From NCBI RefSeq assembly GCF_009914755.1, contig NC_060947.1: a stretch of DNA of 64,000 nt; one strand, 5' to 3'. Below are positions 42,001 to 55,504 of this stretch, one piece after another. A model generated the notes under the pieces. That model searched no databases. It saw nothing but the letters and a program-made list of their open reading frames with translations, and was not told the origin of the DNA. Each line of letters opens with the position of its first letter. Within the stretch, counting starts at the first letter, position 1. The position numbers and the translations under genes were made by a program. The DNA comes from the human T2T-CHM13v2.0 reference genome, Homo sapiens.

Positions 42001-42819
42001 AGTCAAGTCTGCCCGTGTGCAAACGCACTGGCGAAGTGATGTGGGAGGTGGCTGTGGGAGAGCATATGCAGGCAAAGTGGTTCAGGGGAGGCTTCAGTAG
42101 GGCAGGCATGGGCAGGCTAGTACATGTATGTGGGGGTCGCTCTGCTGGAGCTGTCTGCCAGTCAGGCACAGCTCACCAGAGTAGGAGCTATGATTCAGTC
42201 TCCTAGGAGGTATCCCCCCTGGCATCCAAGCCTGCGTGAACAGGCTGGGGCCCCTGGAGTGGCAAGCAGACCAAGGGGTGCTCAGGTCTGATTGGCCCCA
42301 TCTCATCAGCAAGACTGCCCTGCAGTATTCAGGTCTGACCATTCCTTAAGGCTGAAATCTATAAGAGCAAGTCAAGCCCAGGGGGATCAGTGTCCCTGGC
42401 CATGCTCTACTACAGACACTCTTGCACTAACCTCTCTGGGCTGTGTGCCGGCTGGAGTTCTGCCCCTACCTCTTCTCTAAGCAGCTCTCCCTGCCTACTC
42501 AAATGTCTGTGGTGGTTGTGGGATCTCCTTCTGCCAGGATTCCAGAGGCCTTTGGCGAGCGCAGGTTGCTCCTTTCCTGTGTAACTCACCCCTTCCCCAG
42601 GAGTCATTTGGGGCCAGGAAGGAATCCTGGTACACAGTAGCCCTGTGCAAGGTTTCCAGCTTCCTCCCCCTTCAGCCCAGCATGTGTGTCTTCCCTCTGT
42701 CCACTCTCATTGCCTTCCTTCTGAAGATCCACTAGGAGTGCACCAGTCTCCCCGATGTCTCTGTCCCTCCGTGACAGATGCTCCTCCTGACTGTGTCTAG
42801 TTAGCCATCTTGCCCTTCT
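36063..42819 (-). mobile_element. full-length inactive L1 (L1PA13-16-like)
   Basis: 3' end TTTTAGGTTCAGGGGTAC...ATAGGTAAAC; broken ORF2 peptides (36933-37262, 37528-37845); ORF2 start MTGS at ~40092; ORF1 C-terminus 40162-40374; GC-rich 5'UTR starting GGCAAGATGGCTAACTAG; TSD ACTTTG(A/G)GGATTT at 36050-36062 and 42820-42832. Confidence 0.93.
39933..40025 (+). repeat. 39-bp inverted repeat (hairpin) with 15-nt loop
   Basis: arms 39933-39971 and 39987-40025: 37 Watson-Crick plus 2 G:T pairs. Confidence 0.95.
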
Positions 42820-43520
42820 ACTTTGGGGATTTCAAAAAAGCATTTAAAGGCTCTATTCTGGACCACTTGATGTGATTCTTCAGAAGCAAATCCTAGGAGG
42901 TCATACCCAATAATTGCTAAATATGTTGAGTCTCTTCCATAGTTGGGCATCTTTGCATAGATTCTTTGGTTATAATATAAAAGCAAGGAAGCCTAATGCA
43001 GACAACTTTCCATTATCAAAGGTGGTAGATACAGTCAGGGTCAATTAAGGCACTGTTGAAAACTACCCACACTTCCACCTGCTGAAGGAAAAGGAAAACT
43101 GATCCAAGGTTAAAGGCATCTTATTACCAATATTCTTCCAGATTGTTATGCCCTCATCCTCATCCATTTTGACTTATTTTTTCCCTTGATACTCTCAGGA
43201 CTTGAAGCCCTTTGCTTTATACTGCACTCCTTCAAGCCTATCTTAAGGTTTTCTTAATTTGCCTACTCAAAGCATGCAATTCCTTCACTTGTCAGATCTC
43301 ATTCAGGCCTCTGCACTCTCAACTTGGCTACTCCCCTTAGCTTAATGCTCTAGAGCTCCAGGTAGGAGATGCTACTGACGCTACTTCTAGTACCACAAGA
43401 GGGAGAGGATTTAATTAGGCTGGGCGAAGTAAAATAGAAATAATTTTGCACATTATGAAAAGCAACTTATGTCACCTTAGTGACACCTTTCCAAGAGTTA
43501 ATGCTTGTCTCTAAACTGTG

Positions 43521-43886
43521 TGTATTGGTCTGTTCTCATGCTGCTAATAAAGACATACCCGAGACTGGGTAATTTATAAAGGAAAGGGTTTTAATGAACT
43601 CACAGTTCCACATGGCTGGGGAGGTCTCACAATCACCGCAGAAGATGAAGGAAGAGCAAAGGGATGTCTTACATGGCAGCAGGCAAGAGAGACAATGTGC
43701 AGGGGAACTCCTCTTTATAAAACCATCAGGTCTCCTGAGACTTATTCACTATCACGAGAACAGCACAGGAAAGACCTGTCCCCATGATTCAATTGCCTCT
43801 CACTGGGCCCCTCCCACAACACATGGGGGTCATGAGAGCTACAGTTCAAGATGAGATTTGGGTGGGGACACAGCCAAACCATATCA
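43521..43886 (-). mobile_element. THE1B-like MaLR solo LTR
   Basis: TGTATTGGTCTGTTCTCATGCTGCTAATAAAGACATACC...CAGCCAAACCATATCA; flanks CTGTG/CCATG. Confidence 0.92.
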
Positions 43887-44155
43887 CCATGTCTAATGAT
43901 TACAACTATCTGCATTTGTTTACCATTATTCAGAGAAACACAAACATATGTGCATGCATACCCACACAGGTAGATGTATGGATGTCCACCAGTGGTCAGC
44001 AAAATAAATAATATAGTGATGAGACAGAAATTTATATAATTAACTTACTGAGTGTAAATTGTTAGAACACAGAGCATGGATAATTATAACTCTCTCTATA
44101 TAATACACATGATATATGTAACTAGTTACAGTTATATGTATATAGCTATAGATGA

Positions 44156-44159
<4 letters not shown>

Positions 44160-44201
<42 letters not shown>
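44160..44201. repeat. (GT)21 microsatellite
   Basis: perfect run. Confidence 0.95.
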
Positions 44202-44204
<3 letters not shown>

Positions 44205-44214
44205 GTTTTATATA

Positions 44215-45301
44215 CAGTGTTGTGCCCCATAACAATATTTGGGTCAATGACAGATTGCATATATGATGATGGTTCTATAACATTATAATAGCACTAAAAA
44301 TTTCTGTGATCTAATGATGTCATAGCATAGCACATACAATTATGTATAGTATATACTACTTGATAATGATAATGAATAACTATATTACTGGTTTATATAT
44401 TTACTATACTATACTTTTTATCCTTGTTTTAGAGTGTGCTTCTACTTAAAGAAATGAAAGTTAATTGTAAAACAGCCACAGGCCGGTCCTTCAGGAATTA
44501 TTCCTGAAGAAGGCACTGTTATCATAGGAGATGACAGCTCCATGCATGTTATTGGCCCCGAAGACCTTCCAGTGAGACAGCATGTGGAGGTGGAAGACAG
44601 TGACGCTGATGATCCTGACTCTACGTAGGCTCAGGCTAATAGGTGTATTTGTGTCTTCGTTTTTGATACAAAAATGTAAGATATAAAAATATTTTAAATA
44701 GAAAATGCTTATAGAATAAAAATATAAAGAAAACGTTTTTGTACATTCATATATGTTTGTGTTTTAAGCCAAGTGTTATTACAAAACAGTCAAAATCTTA
44801 AATAACATTAAAAGGTTATAAAGTAAAATAGTTACAGTACGCTAAGGTTAATTTATTAATGAAGAAGGGAATTTTTAATATAAACAGTGTTAAGTGTACA
44901 GTGTTTATAAAGTCTACACTAGGCCTTCACTGTCACTTGCCACTCACTCACAGACTCACCCAGAGCAACTTTCAGTCCTGGAAGATCCATTCAAGTGTCC
45001 TCTGCAGGTGTACCATATTTTATCTTCTATAACATATTTTTTCTGTACCTTTTCTAGGCTTACATATGTTTTGAAGCAAAAACACTTACCATTGAGTTAC
45101 AATTGCCTACAGTATTCCATACAGAAACATGCTGTACAGGTTTATAGCCTAGGTGCATTGGCTATACTATACAGCCAAGGTGTGTAGTAGGCTATACCAT
45201 GTAGGTCTGTGTAATCACACTCTATGATCTTTGTACAATGATGAAATCACCTACAGACACATTTCTCAGAATGCATCTTGCCATCAGTTGACACGTAACT
45301 G
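44215..45301. mobile_element. Tigger3b-like TcMar DNA transposon
   Basis: TA then CAGTGTTGTGCCCCATAAC; internal GGAGATGACAGCTCCATGCATGTTATTG; end CATTTCTCAGAATG...ACGTAACTG. Confidence 0.85.
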
Positions 45302-47956
45302 TGTGTATGTATATGTGTGTGTTTGTATGTGAATGTAGTTTTGGAAAATAGGATAATTTGCCCAGCTTTACAAACATGGTTATTTTGTACAAAGAAATCC
45401 TCAGTCATTATTTTTCATTAGTAGTTCACCAGAAGAGTTGTCATCGGAAGACCAGATTGCTTATCTTTTTGAAGTATTTTTCCCCTGATGGACAGTTCTT
45501 CTTTTCTCCTTGAAACAAATTTATAGAGCAGACCATTAACTGTTCTTTTTACTACCTTCAGTTAAAAAGTTCTTCAGCTGTACTGATGTCAGATAATGTA
45601 CATTTTTATATAGCCATAAAAAGATTTGTCAAGTAAAATGCTCATGCCTCTTAAAGAACTAATTCTCTGAGCAGGGTCTCCCCACCGCCTAAGTCATTTC
45701 CTGTTGGTTAAGAAGCCGTAGGAACTCTTTCAGGTCTCTAACAAAACTACTCAGTCTATTGCCAAACTATCATTTGTTAGAAACAGCAGCTAGTGAATGT
45801 TTCAAATAGAACACAGTTTTTAAATGAGCTCCCTGTGACACAGGCAAATATAAGCAGTGATTTCTTAGTAAATACTGATATCTCTAGAAAATTCAGCTGC
45901 ATAGACCTTGTTTTATTGATGCTTAAGGAAATTCATTCAGATGGCTTGAGCCTAATGAATACGGATGATGTAAATCTAGCTGAACTCAAGTAAATTAAAC
46001 CATCTACTAAAATACAGTAACTACTAGCAATGCATTTCTATCACTGTTTGCACCAGGTTCTCCCCGCCCAAGTTGTTTGTCACACAAAATGTGACCATCT
46101 ATTACCCAGCTTAAATTATTCCCAAGTCTAGCGTAGCAGTCAAATGGCCCTTCTAGCCATTAAAAACATCCAGCTGCAGAATTACTTTCAAATCAGCACT
46201 ATTGACTTTTGTATAAAAGGTTTGTAAATACAGTGGATAAATGAGTGAAATGGCAGTTTTGCCCTGGATCCTGAACTGGCTGCTCAGTGGAGTTGCTTCC
46301 CATTTCAAACGCTTTCCTACAAGAAATCATGAATCTTTGCACAAGGTCAGCCACTGTCTGCTTCACTATGAAGAATGCCAGTTAAAAATTCTAAGGTTAA
46401 TATGTGGGAATGAATAAGACATGAGCTAGTTTTATTTGTCCAATTCAACTTAGGCTGTTAACTGTGAACTACAGTGAGCTTAATTGCCACTGGCGATAGG
46501 AGTTTGTCTAAAGGAGATAAATGGCTGAAGAGGAGCTTCAAGCTGTGAACATGGAAAAAGAATCTCAGATAAAGTGGAAAGTTGCCTCATATTTCCAGGA
46601 AAAGTTTACTTTGTTGATAGATTTTCCTTTCTTTTTCTAAATTATGAAAACATATTTTGAACTCACTTAAGTTAATAGTTTCTAAACTGTGCTCAGTAGA
46701 AGCCCTCATCGGCCACCTCATCGAAGAGGGGCCCTGGAAAGTGGGGACACTCTCTTCCATAGTCCCCAAAGTTGCTTTCTGTATTTTTTACATAGTGATC
46801 TTTTCTACAATATTTCAGTGAACTCTATTACTAAAAGAAATAAAATAATTTCACTGAATAACTTCCCTTGCTAGAAACCATGATTTTAATTCACTCAAAG
46901 TTCTGCTAGCTGTGAATCATTTGTTCTCATTACGGGCTGTGTGGAAACTAGTGGACATAATTAGGATGTCTGCTCTACAAAGAAGCTATTGCTTTTTGCA
47001 AAGATGAGACTTGATTTTAGACTGAAGAGTTCACTTTTGGCATTCTGCTTAATCTGTCTGAAAAGCCTCTTCCTCCTTCTTTAATTTTTAGAAGGGCATT
47101 TCTAAATGACTGGAATGCCTCAAAAGAAATTTTGGATTGAAAATGTCACCTGGGTTTCCTCTATCCATAAAGCCACCAGACAGCAGAAGAAAGATGTTTG
47201 TCTTGAATAATCAGCTATTTAATTTCGATGCTGGCAAGTCTGAGCATTTTTTTGGTTTATTGATAATCTACATGAACTATTTAAATTGCCATGACTTTCG
47301 TTTGCTAAAAACCAAGGTCCTTGCTTTTAATTTGAAATAGTTTACATAAATGAACACATTACAGAGTGCTTGGAGCTGTAACTTACGTTACTTTGGACCC
47401 AAATGTGTTCTTTGTTCATGTAAGGGTCAAAGTAAATTACAGTAGACACTGGTTTCTTCCCACTGGGTTGGGGCAAGTCCTGTGGGAAGATTCTCAAAGG
47501 TTTGCCCTAAGGTAGAAGGATTCTTAAACTGAGTCAAGGCCGAAAGGGCGTTTATCCAAGTCAAACTGAGACTGTATAGCTTAGACGGGGAACCAGAATC
47601 ACTGTCATGTGAAGCCAAGGTAGAATATAATAAAATGGTGCTAAGCCATAATTCCAAAAGGGGACGTGAAGGCAAAAACAAGAGACAGGAGCAGCATAGG
47701 TAACCTGGAGTGGAATGTTAGACGCAGGATCAAATGTGAGTATTGGGTATAGTTAAGATGAAATGCAAATTTATGAAGAAGAAAGCCACATGTCCCCTTT
47801 CAAAATCATGAATCAGTCATTTACTAATGGTATAGTTTTGGGTATGTGTGTAACTAACTGCTCTAAATATTGGCTTTCATATCTTTAAGCTGTGGATATT
47901 GATGCCTACCTTATGGATGTGTTGTAAGGAGTCAATGTGTAAAAATAACTACTAGG

Positions 47957-48252
<296 letters not shown>

Positions 48253-48308
48253 CTATCAAAGCAAAATGAAAGCCAAATACAGTCCTTAGAGAGTGGAATA
48301 ATGTTTAT

Positions 48309-48562
48309 CAATAATAAAAGATAACATTTATTTTGTGTATCCTCTGTACTAAGTTTTGTGATACTAATGCATTGTATGCATTATCTTATGCAATCCTCAC
48401 TACCGCCAGTAAGATTGGTGGTTACTGAGCTCACTTTGCAATAAGGAAACCCGGGCCCACAGGAGTCAACTTGCCTAGGGTCCAGAGTAAGTGGCAGGCA
48501 GTTGGGATTCAAGTCCTGTGTGATCCAAAAACCTATGTTCATTGTATTACATAACACTGCCT
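48309..48562 (-). mobile_element. MIR
   Basis: AATCCTCACTACC...TAAGGAAACCCGGGCCCACAGGAGTCAACTTGCCTAGGGTC...GGGATTCAAG. Confidence 0.75.
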
Positions 48563-48594
48563 TTCCATGATGCACGTATCTATAAAGGAGTATT

Positions 48595-48975
48595 TTTCCT
48601 GCCTTAGAGGTTTCAGACATGCCATTTACTCTGCCTTGAATACTCTGCCTTGAACAGCAATTTATATGTCCAATCTTTGATAAAACGTTATTACTGCCTG
48701 GCCCTACCACCTGCCCGAATTGGGTCCCCATAGGTATTATTTCGTAATATGCCTTTTCCCCCTACTAATCATTTAGCAGTCTATAATCAGACATCTAACA
48801 GTGTATCCTTGATCGTTCTGTCTGTCTCCACATACTGGAAGGCCCATTAGGGCAGGGACTGTATCTGTTTCATTCACCACTTTTTGCCCAGCACCTGGCC
48901 TAGTGGCTGCCAAAAAATGCAAAGCAGGTTTCCAGGAGTTAGGAGAGTGGTGTCAGTAAACACTTGGTGAATGAT
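48595..48975 (+). mobile_element. L2 fragment
   Basis: TCTGCCTTGAATACTCT...AGGGCAGGGACTGTATCTGTTTCATTCACCAC. Confidence 0.7.
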
Positions 48976-49069
48976 TACTGATGGCTAATATTAATGGACA
49001 TTAAAAGAAGTGCACAGCTAAATGAAATTTCTGGGGAATATGTGTTTTATAGATAGAAACATCCATGTA

Positions 49070-49235
49070 TCATGCACTTAAAATGTGTTGAGGATGTGCT
49101 ATGGGCCTTACATGTATTATTTAACACTCACAACAGACTCATCAGAAAAGGGCCATTGTTATTTCCCCTTCTACAGATGCAGAAATTGGGGCAAGTAGGA
49201 TTAAGTAACTGTTGACAATCACATAACCAAGTAAG
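49070..49235 (-). mobile_element. MIR fragment
   Basis: TTTAACACTCACAACA...CTACAGATGCAGAAATTGGGGC. Confidence 0.6.
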
Positions 49236-49360
49236 AAAACTCCCCACTCACAAACCAGAGAAAAAAATATAAAATAGAAAATACACGACCAAAATACATC
49301 ATCTGTTCAAGGCTCGTGTGAATAAATCTAAAAACCTTTCTTGAGGAATATATTAATACC

Positions 49361-49393
49361 TATATACAGATATATATATACATACATACACAA

Positions 49394-49439
<46 letters not shown>
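49361..49439. repeat. (TA)n/(CA)n compound microsatellite
   Basis: direct inspection. Confidence 0.85.
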
Positions 49440-50239
49440 TTCACCATCTGTTCTATCTGTTTCTGGATAGGATGATTCAGCATTATAAAGTTACTAATTT
49501 TTCTGTAATTAATTTATAATTAAGGTAATTACATTAAAATCCAAATATGACATAAAGTTTTTTTACAAACTGATGTTATAATCCATCTGCACGAATAAAT
49601 AGATGAAGTATTCAGGAGAAAAGTAAAAAAATTAAGAGAAATGAGGGCATGTTTACCATACCAGATATTGGTGAGGTAAAGTTGAAATAATTAAAATATT
49701 GTAGTGTTGGCTTAAGTATAGACAGAGAGAACAATGGAGGAGGACTGATGGCTGATAACTTGTTGGATAAGTTGAATATATTTGGGGGAGGGGCGTAAAC
49801 TTACACGTTTGCTTCATCTCACATACCCAAATATATTTCACATGGGTTAAAGTGTGAAATTTTAAAACATAAGACCATTAAAAAGACTAGGAGAGAATGA
49901 TTGTTGAAAGATCCGATGATAGAAACAATTATTATAAAAAACCACTATTTTTGACTAAATAAGAAATCACTATTTCATAAATAAAGTAGCATTGTACAGA
50001 GAAACTAATATTTGGGGGGCTAAACAGAACAAGCTTTAGGTATATGAAAGGATATATAAATTGGAGAGATTATTAATTGTCCCTGAAGTTAAGATATAAG
50101 TTTCCTTTAAGAAAAAAAAAAAAAAACTGCTACTAACAAAAATGACCAATAACAGACCAGGAAAATGGTTTTAAACATGCTAGATACAAGGGTAAATAGA
50201 AAAACCTATTACTGATTAAATGCTAAATTACTAACATCT

Positions 50240-51005
50240 TGTTCCAGATTGGGTTTGCCAGGAAACAGACTGAGTAGGAAAATTTTAAGTAACCAATTTC
50301 CTTGGAAAGTGCTCTGGAGATCAATGCATGTAGGGCGTGAGGAAAGCAGGAAGAGACAGAGGGAGGAATTCTATTGCCTCCCTCCCCTCCCAGGAGAGCT
50401 TTCGAGCTGGGATGACCCTTCAGAGAGGGCGCTCTTTAAGGCAGAGGTCCAAAGTATTCGTCTGTTTTCACACTGCTATACAGATACTACCTGAGACTGG
50501 GAAATTTACAAAGGAAAAAGGTTTAATTGACTCACAGTTCCACATGGCTGGGGAGGCCTCAGGAAACTCACAATCACGGTAGAAGGCGAAGGGGAAGCAA
50601 GCACCCGGTTCACAATGCAGCAGGAGAAAGAAGAGTGAGGAGCGAAGCGGGAAGAGCCCCTTATAAAACCATCAGATGTGGCGGGAACTCACTCACTATC
50701 AAGAGAACAGCATGAGGGAAACCGCCCCCATGATCCAATCACCTCCCACCTGGTCCCTCCCTAGACACATGGGGATTGCAATTTGAGCTGAGATTTGAAT
50801 TGCCAAACCATATCAACCAAGATTTTACTCCTGCATTGACCAGGCATTAGTCACAGGTGGGGGTGGGGAAGGGGAGAAGGAGACGTGATCTTTGTCAGGG
50901 ATTCAACTAACAATCATTGGATACCAACACTCTTGACAGCTGGGAGAAAAAGTGCCTCGGTCTTGAAAGGGGAATGTGGATGGCATACCATGGCATTCGC
51001 TGTGC
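50240..51005 (-). mobile_element. ERVL LTR16-type LTR split by a THE1
   Basis: GGAAACAGACTGAG...GAGCTGGGATGACCCTTCAGAG, resuming after 50820. Confidence 0.55.
50453..50815 (-). mobile_element. THE1D/MST-like MaLR solo LTR
   Basis: GTATTCGTCTGTTTTCACACTGCTAT...GGCCTCAGGAAACTCACAATC...CCAAACCATATCA; TSD TCCAA/ACCAA. Confidence 0.9.
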
Positions 51006-51141
51006 ATCCTAATGGAAATATGAAAAAAGGATAGGAGCAGACTCATCCCTCCAAATTAAATTCATATGACCAATACAAATAAATATGCAGCAGTATTACC
51101 ATTACTTAAAGCCATGCAATCAAGACAAAAAGATACCTTTA

Positions 51142-51500
51142 TGCTATTGTATGAATGCATTCTCTCCAAAATTCAGGTGTTGCCACTGTGATAGTATTAA
51201 AAAGAAGAGACTTTAGGAGCTGGTTAGGCCATGAGGGCTTTGTACTTATTGCTGGGATTAAAGCCCTTATAAAAAAGAGGCTTCAGGCAGTGCTGGACCC
51301 AGGAAAGTGCCCTTTTCCCACCATGTGAGGATATAGAGTTCTACCTCTCTGAAGAATGCAGCAGTTATCAGACAACAGACCCAGCCAGCACCTTTACCTT
51401 AGACTTACCAGTTTCCAGAACTGCGAGCAAATAAACTCTGTCCTTTATAAACCACCCAGTCTCAGGTATTCTGTTTCAGTGGCACAAACAGACTAAGACA
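51142..51500 (+). mobile_element. MST (C/D-like) MaLR LTR
   Basis: TGCTATTGTATGAATG...CCCAGTCTCAGGTATTCTG...ACAGACTAAGACA; TSD CTTTA/CTATA. Confidence 0.8.
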
Positions 51501-51615
51501 CTATATTTACTTACTTCACTTTATTTACTTATTTCAATGAATTAGCAACAATTTTCAATTTTCAAATAATACACTGAAGGATATCAGGGATACACTGACA
51601 TGGACAGAATCATAC

Positions 51616-51921
51616 TTTTTTTTTTTATACTTTAAGTTTTAGGGTACATGTGCACAACGTGCGGGTTAGTTACATATGTATACATGTGCCATGTTGGTGT
51701 GCTGCACCCATTAACTCGTCATTTACATTAGGTATATCTCCTAATGCTATCCCTCCCCCCTCCCCCCACCCCACAACAGGCCCCGGTGTGTGATGTTCCC
51801 CACCCTGTGTCCAAGTGTTCTCATTGTTCAATTCCCACCTATGAGTGAGAACATGCGGTGTTTGTTTTTTTTGTCCTTGCGATAGTTTGCTGAGAATGAT
51901 GGTTTCCAGCTTCATCCATGT
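51616..51921 (-). mobile_element. heavily 5'-truncated L1PA (PA3/4-like)
   Basis: TATACTTTAAGTTTTAGGGTACATG 3' end; TSD AC(A/C)GAATCATAC at 51604-51615 and 51922-51933. Confidence 0.93.
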
Positions 51922-52311
51922 ACCGAATCATACATTCTTTAGAGTGAGTATAAGTTGGTGCGATTTGAAAATATATGTCAGAAAATATGCATTAGCTCAA
52001 ATACTATAACACATTTTAGTAGCAAACCTAAACAAAAATGTAGTTGAGCTCAAATCACTGTGCTGCTGAAGTTCCCCAGTGGTACACCAGGGTACATGGA
52101 ATAAATCTCAGGCTCCTAACCATGACTGATGAAGCTGTACATGACCAGTCACTGCCTACCTCATCCCTCCCACTCTTGGCTTCACCCCTGTGCTCCAGTT
52201 CACTAGTTTTCTTCGTGTTCTTCAAATTTGCTAAGTTCCATCCCACCTCAGAGTCTTTACACTGACAAAAGCTCGGTTCTCACAAAATGAATACATAATA
52301 AAATGAAGTTC

Positions 52312-53158
52312 TGTATCAGAACTCCAGTAGGTTATGAGCTGGATCTGTTCCATCTGATTCCCTAGATCAGCAGTCCCCAATCTTTTTGGCACCAGGGACC
52401 TGTTTTGTGGAAGACAATTTTTCCACAGATTGGGGGCATAGTTTTAGGATGAAATTGTTCCACCCCAGATCATCAGGCATTAGTTAGATTCTCCTAAGGA
52501 GCATGAAACCTAGATCCTTTGCAGGTGCCGTCCGCAATAGGGTTCTGGCTTTTATGAGAGTCTAATGCCTCCGCTGATCTGACAGGAGGCGGAGCTCAGG
52601 CGGTCATGCTCACTGTTTTGGCCGCTCATCTCCTGCTGTGCGGCCCAGTTGCTACCAGGCCACAGACTGGTACTGGTCTATGACCTGAGGGTTGAAGACC
52701 CCTGCTCTAGATGCACCCCTCCCTTCTCCATCCTGCTCTGTACCCCAGGAAGCTGATCTATATGGACTGCATACATGCCCTCTCTTTATCTCTGCTTCCC
52801 AGTTGGGTTTGGCCAGTAAGGAGGCACTGGCAGGAGTTCTAGAAGTAGGAAGGGAGTGACGTTAGGGCATTCGTTTCTCTGGCTTCCTCCCAGCTGAGTG
52901 CCAAGGGCTGGTTGTGGCCTTCTACAGAAAACTCCAAGTCCTGTTGGTAACCCTGTCTTAGGACTCAAGTAACCTCTGCCTTCCCTTCAACTTTCAGATC
53001 CACTGGTTACCATGGCTCCCTGCTGTAGCTAGCTTGAAGGGGCGTCACCATCCTTTTTCAGTACCCCTTATATAACCTACAGCCGTTCCTTTATTAAACC
53101 CTCCCTAATTATCTAGGGGAATGTGTCATTTGTTTTCTGTCAGGACACTTACAGACAT
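52312..53158 (+). mobile_element. LTR33-like ERVL LTR split by MER1B
   Basis: CCTGCTCTGTACCCCAGGAAGCTGA...GTTGGGTTTGGCCAG...CCTTTATTAAAC. Confidence 0.65.
52368..52704. mobile_element. MER1B hAT-Charlie element
   Basis: CAGCAGTCCCCAATCTTTTTGGCACCAGGGAC...GAAGACCCCTG; 8-bp TSD CCCTAGAT/CTCTAGAT. Confidence 0.92.
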
Positions 53159-53159
53159 A

Positions 53160-54500
53160 GATTTATGTTTGGAACTGGATAAAATGATTTTAATGTTTAT
53201 AGAAAAGAATAATTGTGCAAGAATAGCTAAATCCTTTGTGAAAAAGAAAAGTGAAGAGAGATTTGCCTAACCAGATATAAAAACTTACACTAAAATAATA
53301 CTATGGTACTAACATAGAAATAGAAAATAGATGACAAAAACAGAATTGAAAATCTAAAACAAAAGCCTCAAAGATAAACAGGAACCAATTTTGCTTCAGT
53401 GAGGAAATAATAATTTATTAATTAATGGTGCAGAGATAATTCTTATCAGGTAGAAAACTAATTTAGACATTTATCTTCCATCAGATAAAAAATAAATTTC
53501 AGATAGATTTAGGATATAAGGGTAAAAAATAAAATAATAAAGATTAGCAAAAATTTACTATATATATTTTTAAATAAATATATATTTTTTATAAATCTTC
53601 CTAAGCAAGGAAGAATGTAAGATGTAATAAATTAAAAATTATAAGAACATTTTTTAAAATTAAAACGTATTAAGTGGAAAGACATATAACCAGTGAAAAA
53701 GTCAAATCACAGATGAGAAAAATATTTGCAACACTTGTGACAGACAAAATGTTGTAACTGCATGTACAAATTGCTTTAAAATGCAATACGAAAATGCCAA
53801 GTGTGGTGGCTCACACCTGTTGGCCTACATATGTTGGAGGCTGAGGTGGGAGGATCATTTGAGCTGAGAGTTCAAGGCTTCAGTGAACTGTGGTCACGCC
53901 ACTGCACTCCATCTTGGACAACAGCAAGACACTGTCTCCAGAAAAAAACAAAAAAAAAACAACTATAGAAAAAATGTGCAAAAGATAGTAATAGGGATTA
54001 ATAGGAGATATCCAAATAGTTTAATATTTGGATATTTTAATATTTCAAATATCCAAATATTTAAAATGCTGCTCAAACTTAACTAAATTAGGGAAAAGCA
54101 CATTAAAATAACAATGAGGCCTGAAGTTTTTCTCATACGACTGGCTAAAATTACAAAAGATTTGTAACATCTAGTTCCTAGAAAGAATACTGAAGAAATG
54201 GCATTCTTATTTATTAGTGGCGTGATGTGAATTACCAGCAAAAATTGAAAAATTACACAAAAATATCTATTAAACCCTTAAAAATTGACCCATCAGTCTC
54301 ACTTTGGGCAATGTATCCAAGGGAAAGAAAAGCATCAGTATAGGAAGATGTAAGGAAAAGAGTGTGTATTGCCACATTATTTGTGGTAGAAAACACTAGA
54401 AACCACTAATTCAATTCATCACTAGTAGAATTGAGTAAATTCTGGTTTGCCATTATTATGGAATATTGCATAACTATGTATATAAATAGCTGTAGCTCTG
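53160..54500 (+). mobile_element. fragmented ancient L1M(E) ORF2/3' region
   Basis: A-rich L1-like motifs (GCCTAACCAGATATAAAAAC, GAGAAAAATATTTGCAACAC, ATTATGGAATATT); similar relics at ~49450-50230. Confidence 0.55.
53797..53960 (+). mobile_element. Alu monomer (FRAM/FAM-like)
   Basis: single diverged right-arm-type monomer with A-rich tail. Confidence 0.75.
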
Positions 54501-54511
54501 TTGATCCAGAA

Positions 54512-54739
54512 CAGGGTTTCTCAACCTTGGCACTATTGATATTTTGGATGGGATAATTCTTTGTTGGCTGGGAGGATGGCTATCCTGTGCATTATAGAAT
54601 GTTCAACAGCATCCCTGACCTCTATCCAATAAATGCCAGTAGCGCCCCACCCCCTGCTCCTGTTACGGCAACCAAAAACATCTCCAGATATGGCCAAATG
54701 TTGTGGGTGGGGGAAATCTCTCCTAGTTGACAATCACTG
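54512..54739. mobile_element. MER20 hAT-Charlie element
   Basis: CAGGGTTTCTCAACCTTGGCACTATTGA...GTTGACAATCACTG; decayed 8-bp TSD ATCCAGAA/ATTTAGAA. Confidence 0.88.
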
Positions 54740-55504
54740 ATTTAGAAGAATGTCCTAAAATATTTTGTTACAAGACAAAGGAGGTCGCATAATAATTTAT
54801 TTAGGATAAAAAATTTGTAAAACACACAATGGTAATGAAAAGCTTGCGTATGTGTTTATAGGTATGTATCTATTTGTTTGAGCTGGAGAAGGAACGAAAC
54901 TAGTGCAAGGATATACACCGAGGTGTTTCCATCCACCATCTCAGGGGGATGGAAATAGAGTGGAGAATGAGAAGAATTAGAAACTTCTTTATGTTTATTT
55001 GCCTTATTCCACTGGATACAATGGCAAATATTGCATTTGTGAATAAACGAAAATTAAGGAGGAAAACAACTTTTGTAATTTAACAAGATAAAAGAACATA
55101 GGGAGTCAAGTGTTATGCCAACTGAAAGAAACTATCTAAGGTTTTAAAGCTTTTATGATTACATCCATAAAAATGAGATAATAAAACCATTTGTAGTAAT
55201 TGTTCTTAGACTTTTATATGAATTATATCATTTAGTCCTTATGAGAACCCTATTATTACATCAAACTCACAAATTTCTCATGAGACTCAGTTGAAAAAAA
55301 CATGTAAAAATAATTTCACTGATAATCAACATGGAAGCAAATACAAGTCTATAGTAGGTCATATCATTAACAAAGCACATTTATTGTTAAATGTTGGCAT
55401 CCTGTTTAGAATATATCCACTTAACCACCAAGATGTGATCATATGTCTAATCTGGATACAAGACAAATTCAATCATCAGTATTATATTGCACCCTTAAAT
55501 GTTA

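Noticed and set aside
41563-42640. GC-rich overlapping ORFs suggesting a gene or CpG island
   Set aside because: This is the 5'UTR of the full-length L1; the ORFs reflect GC richness
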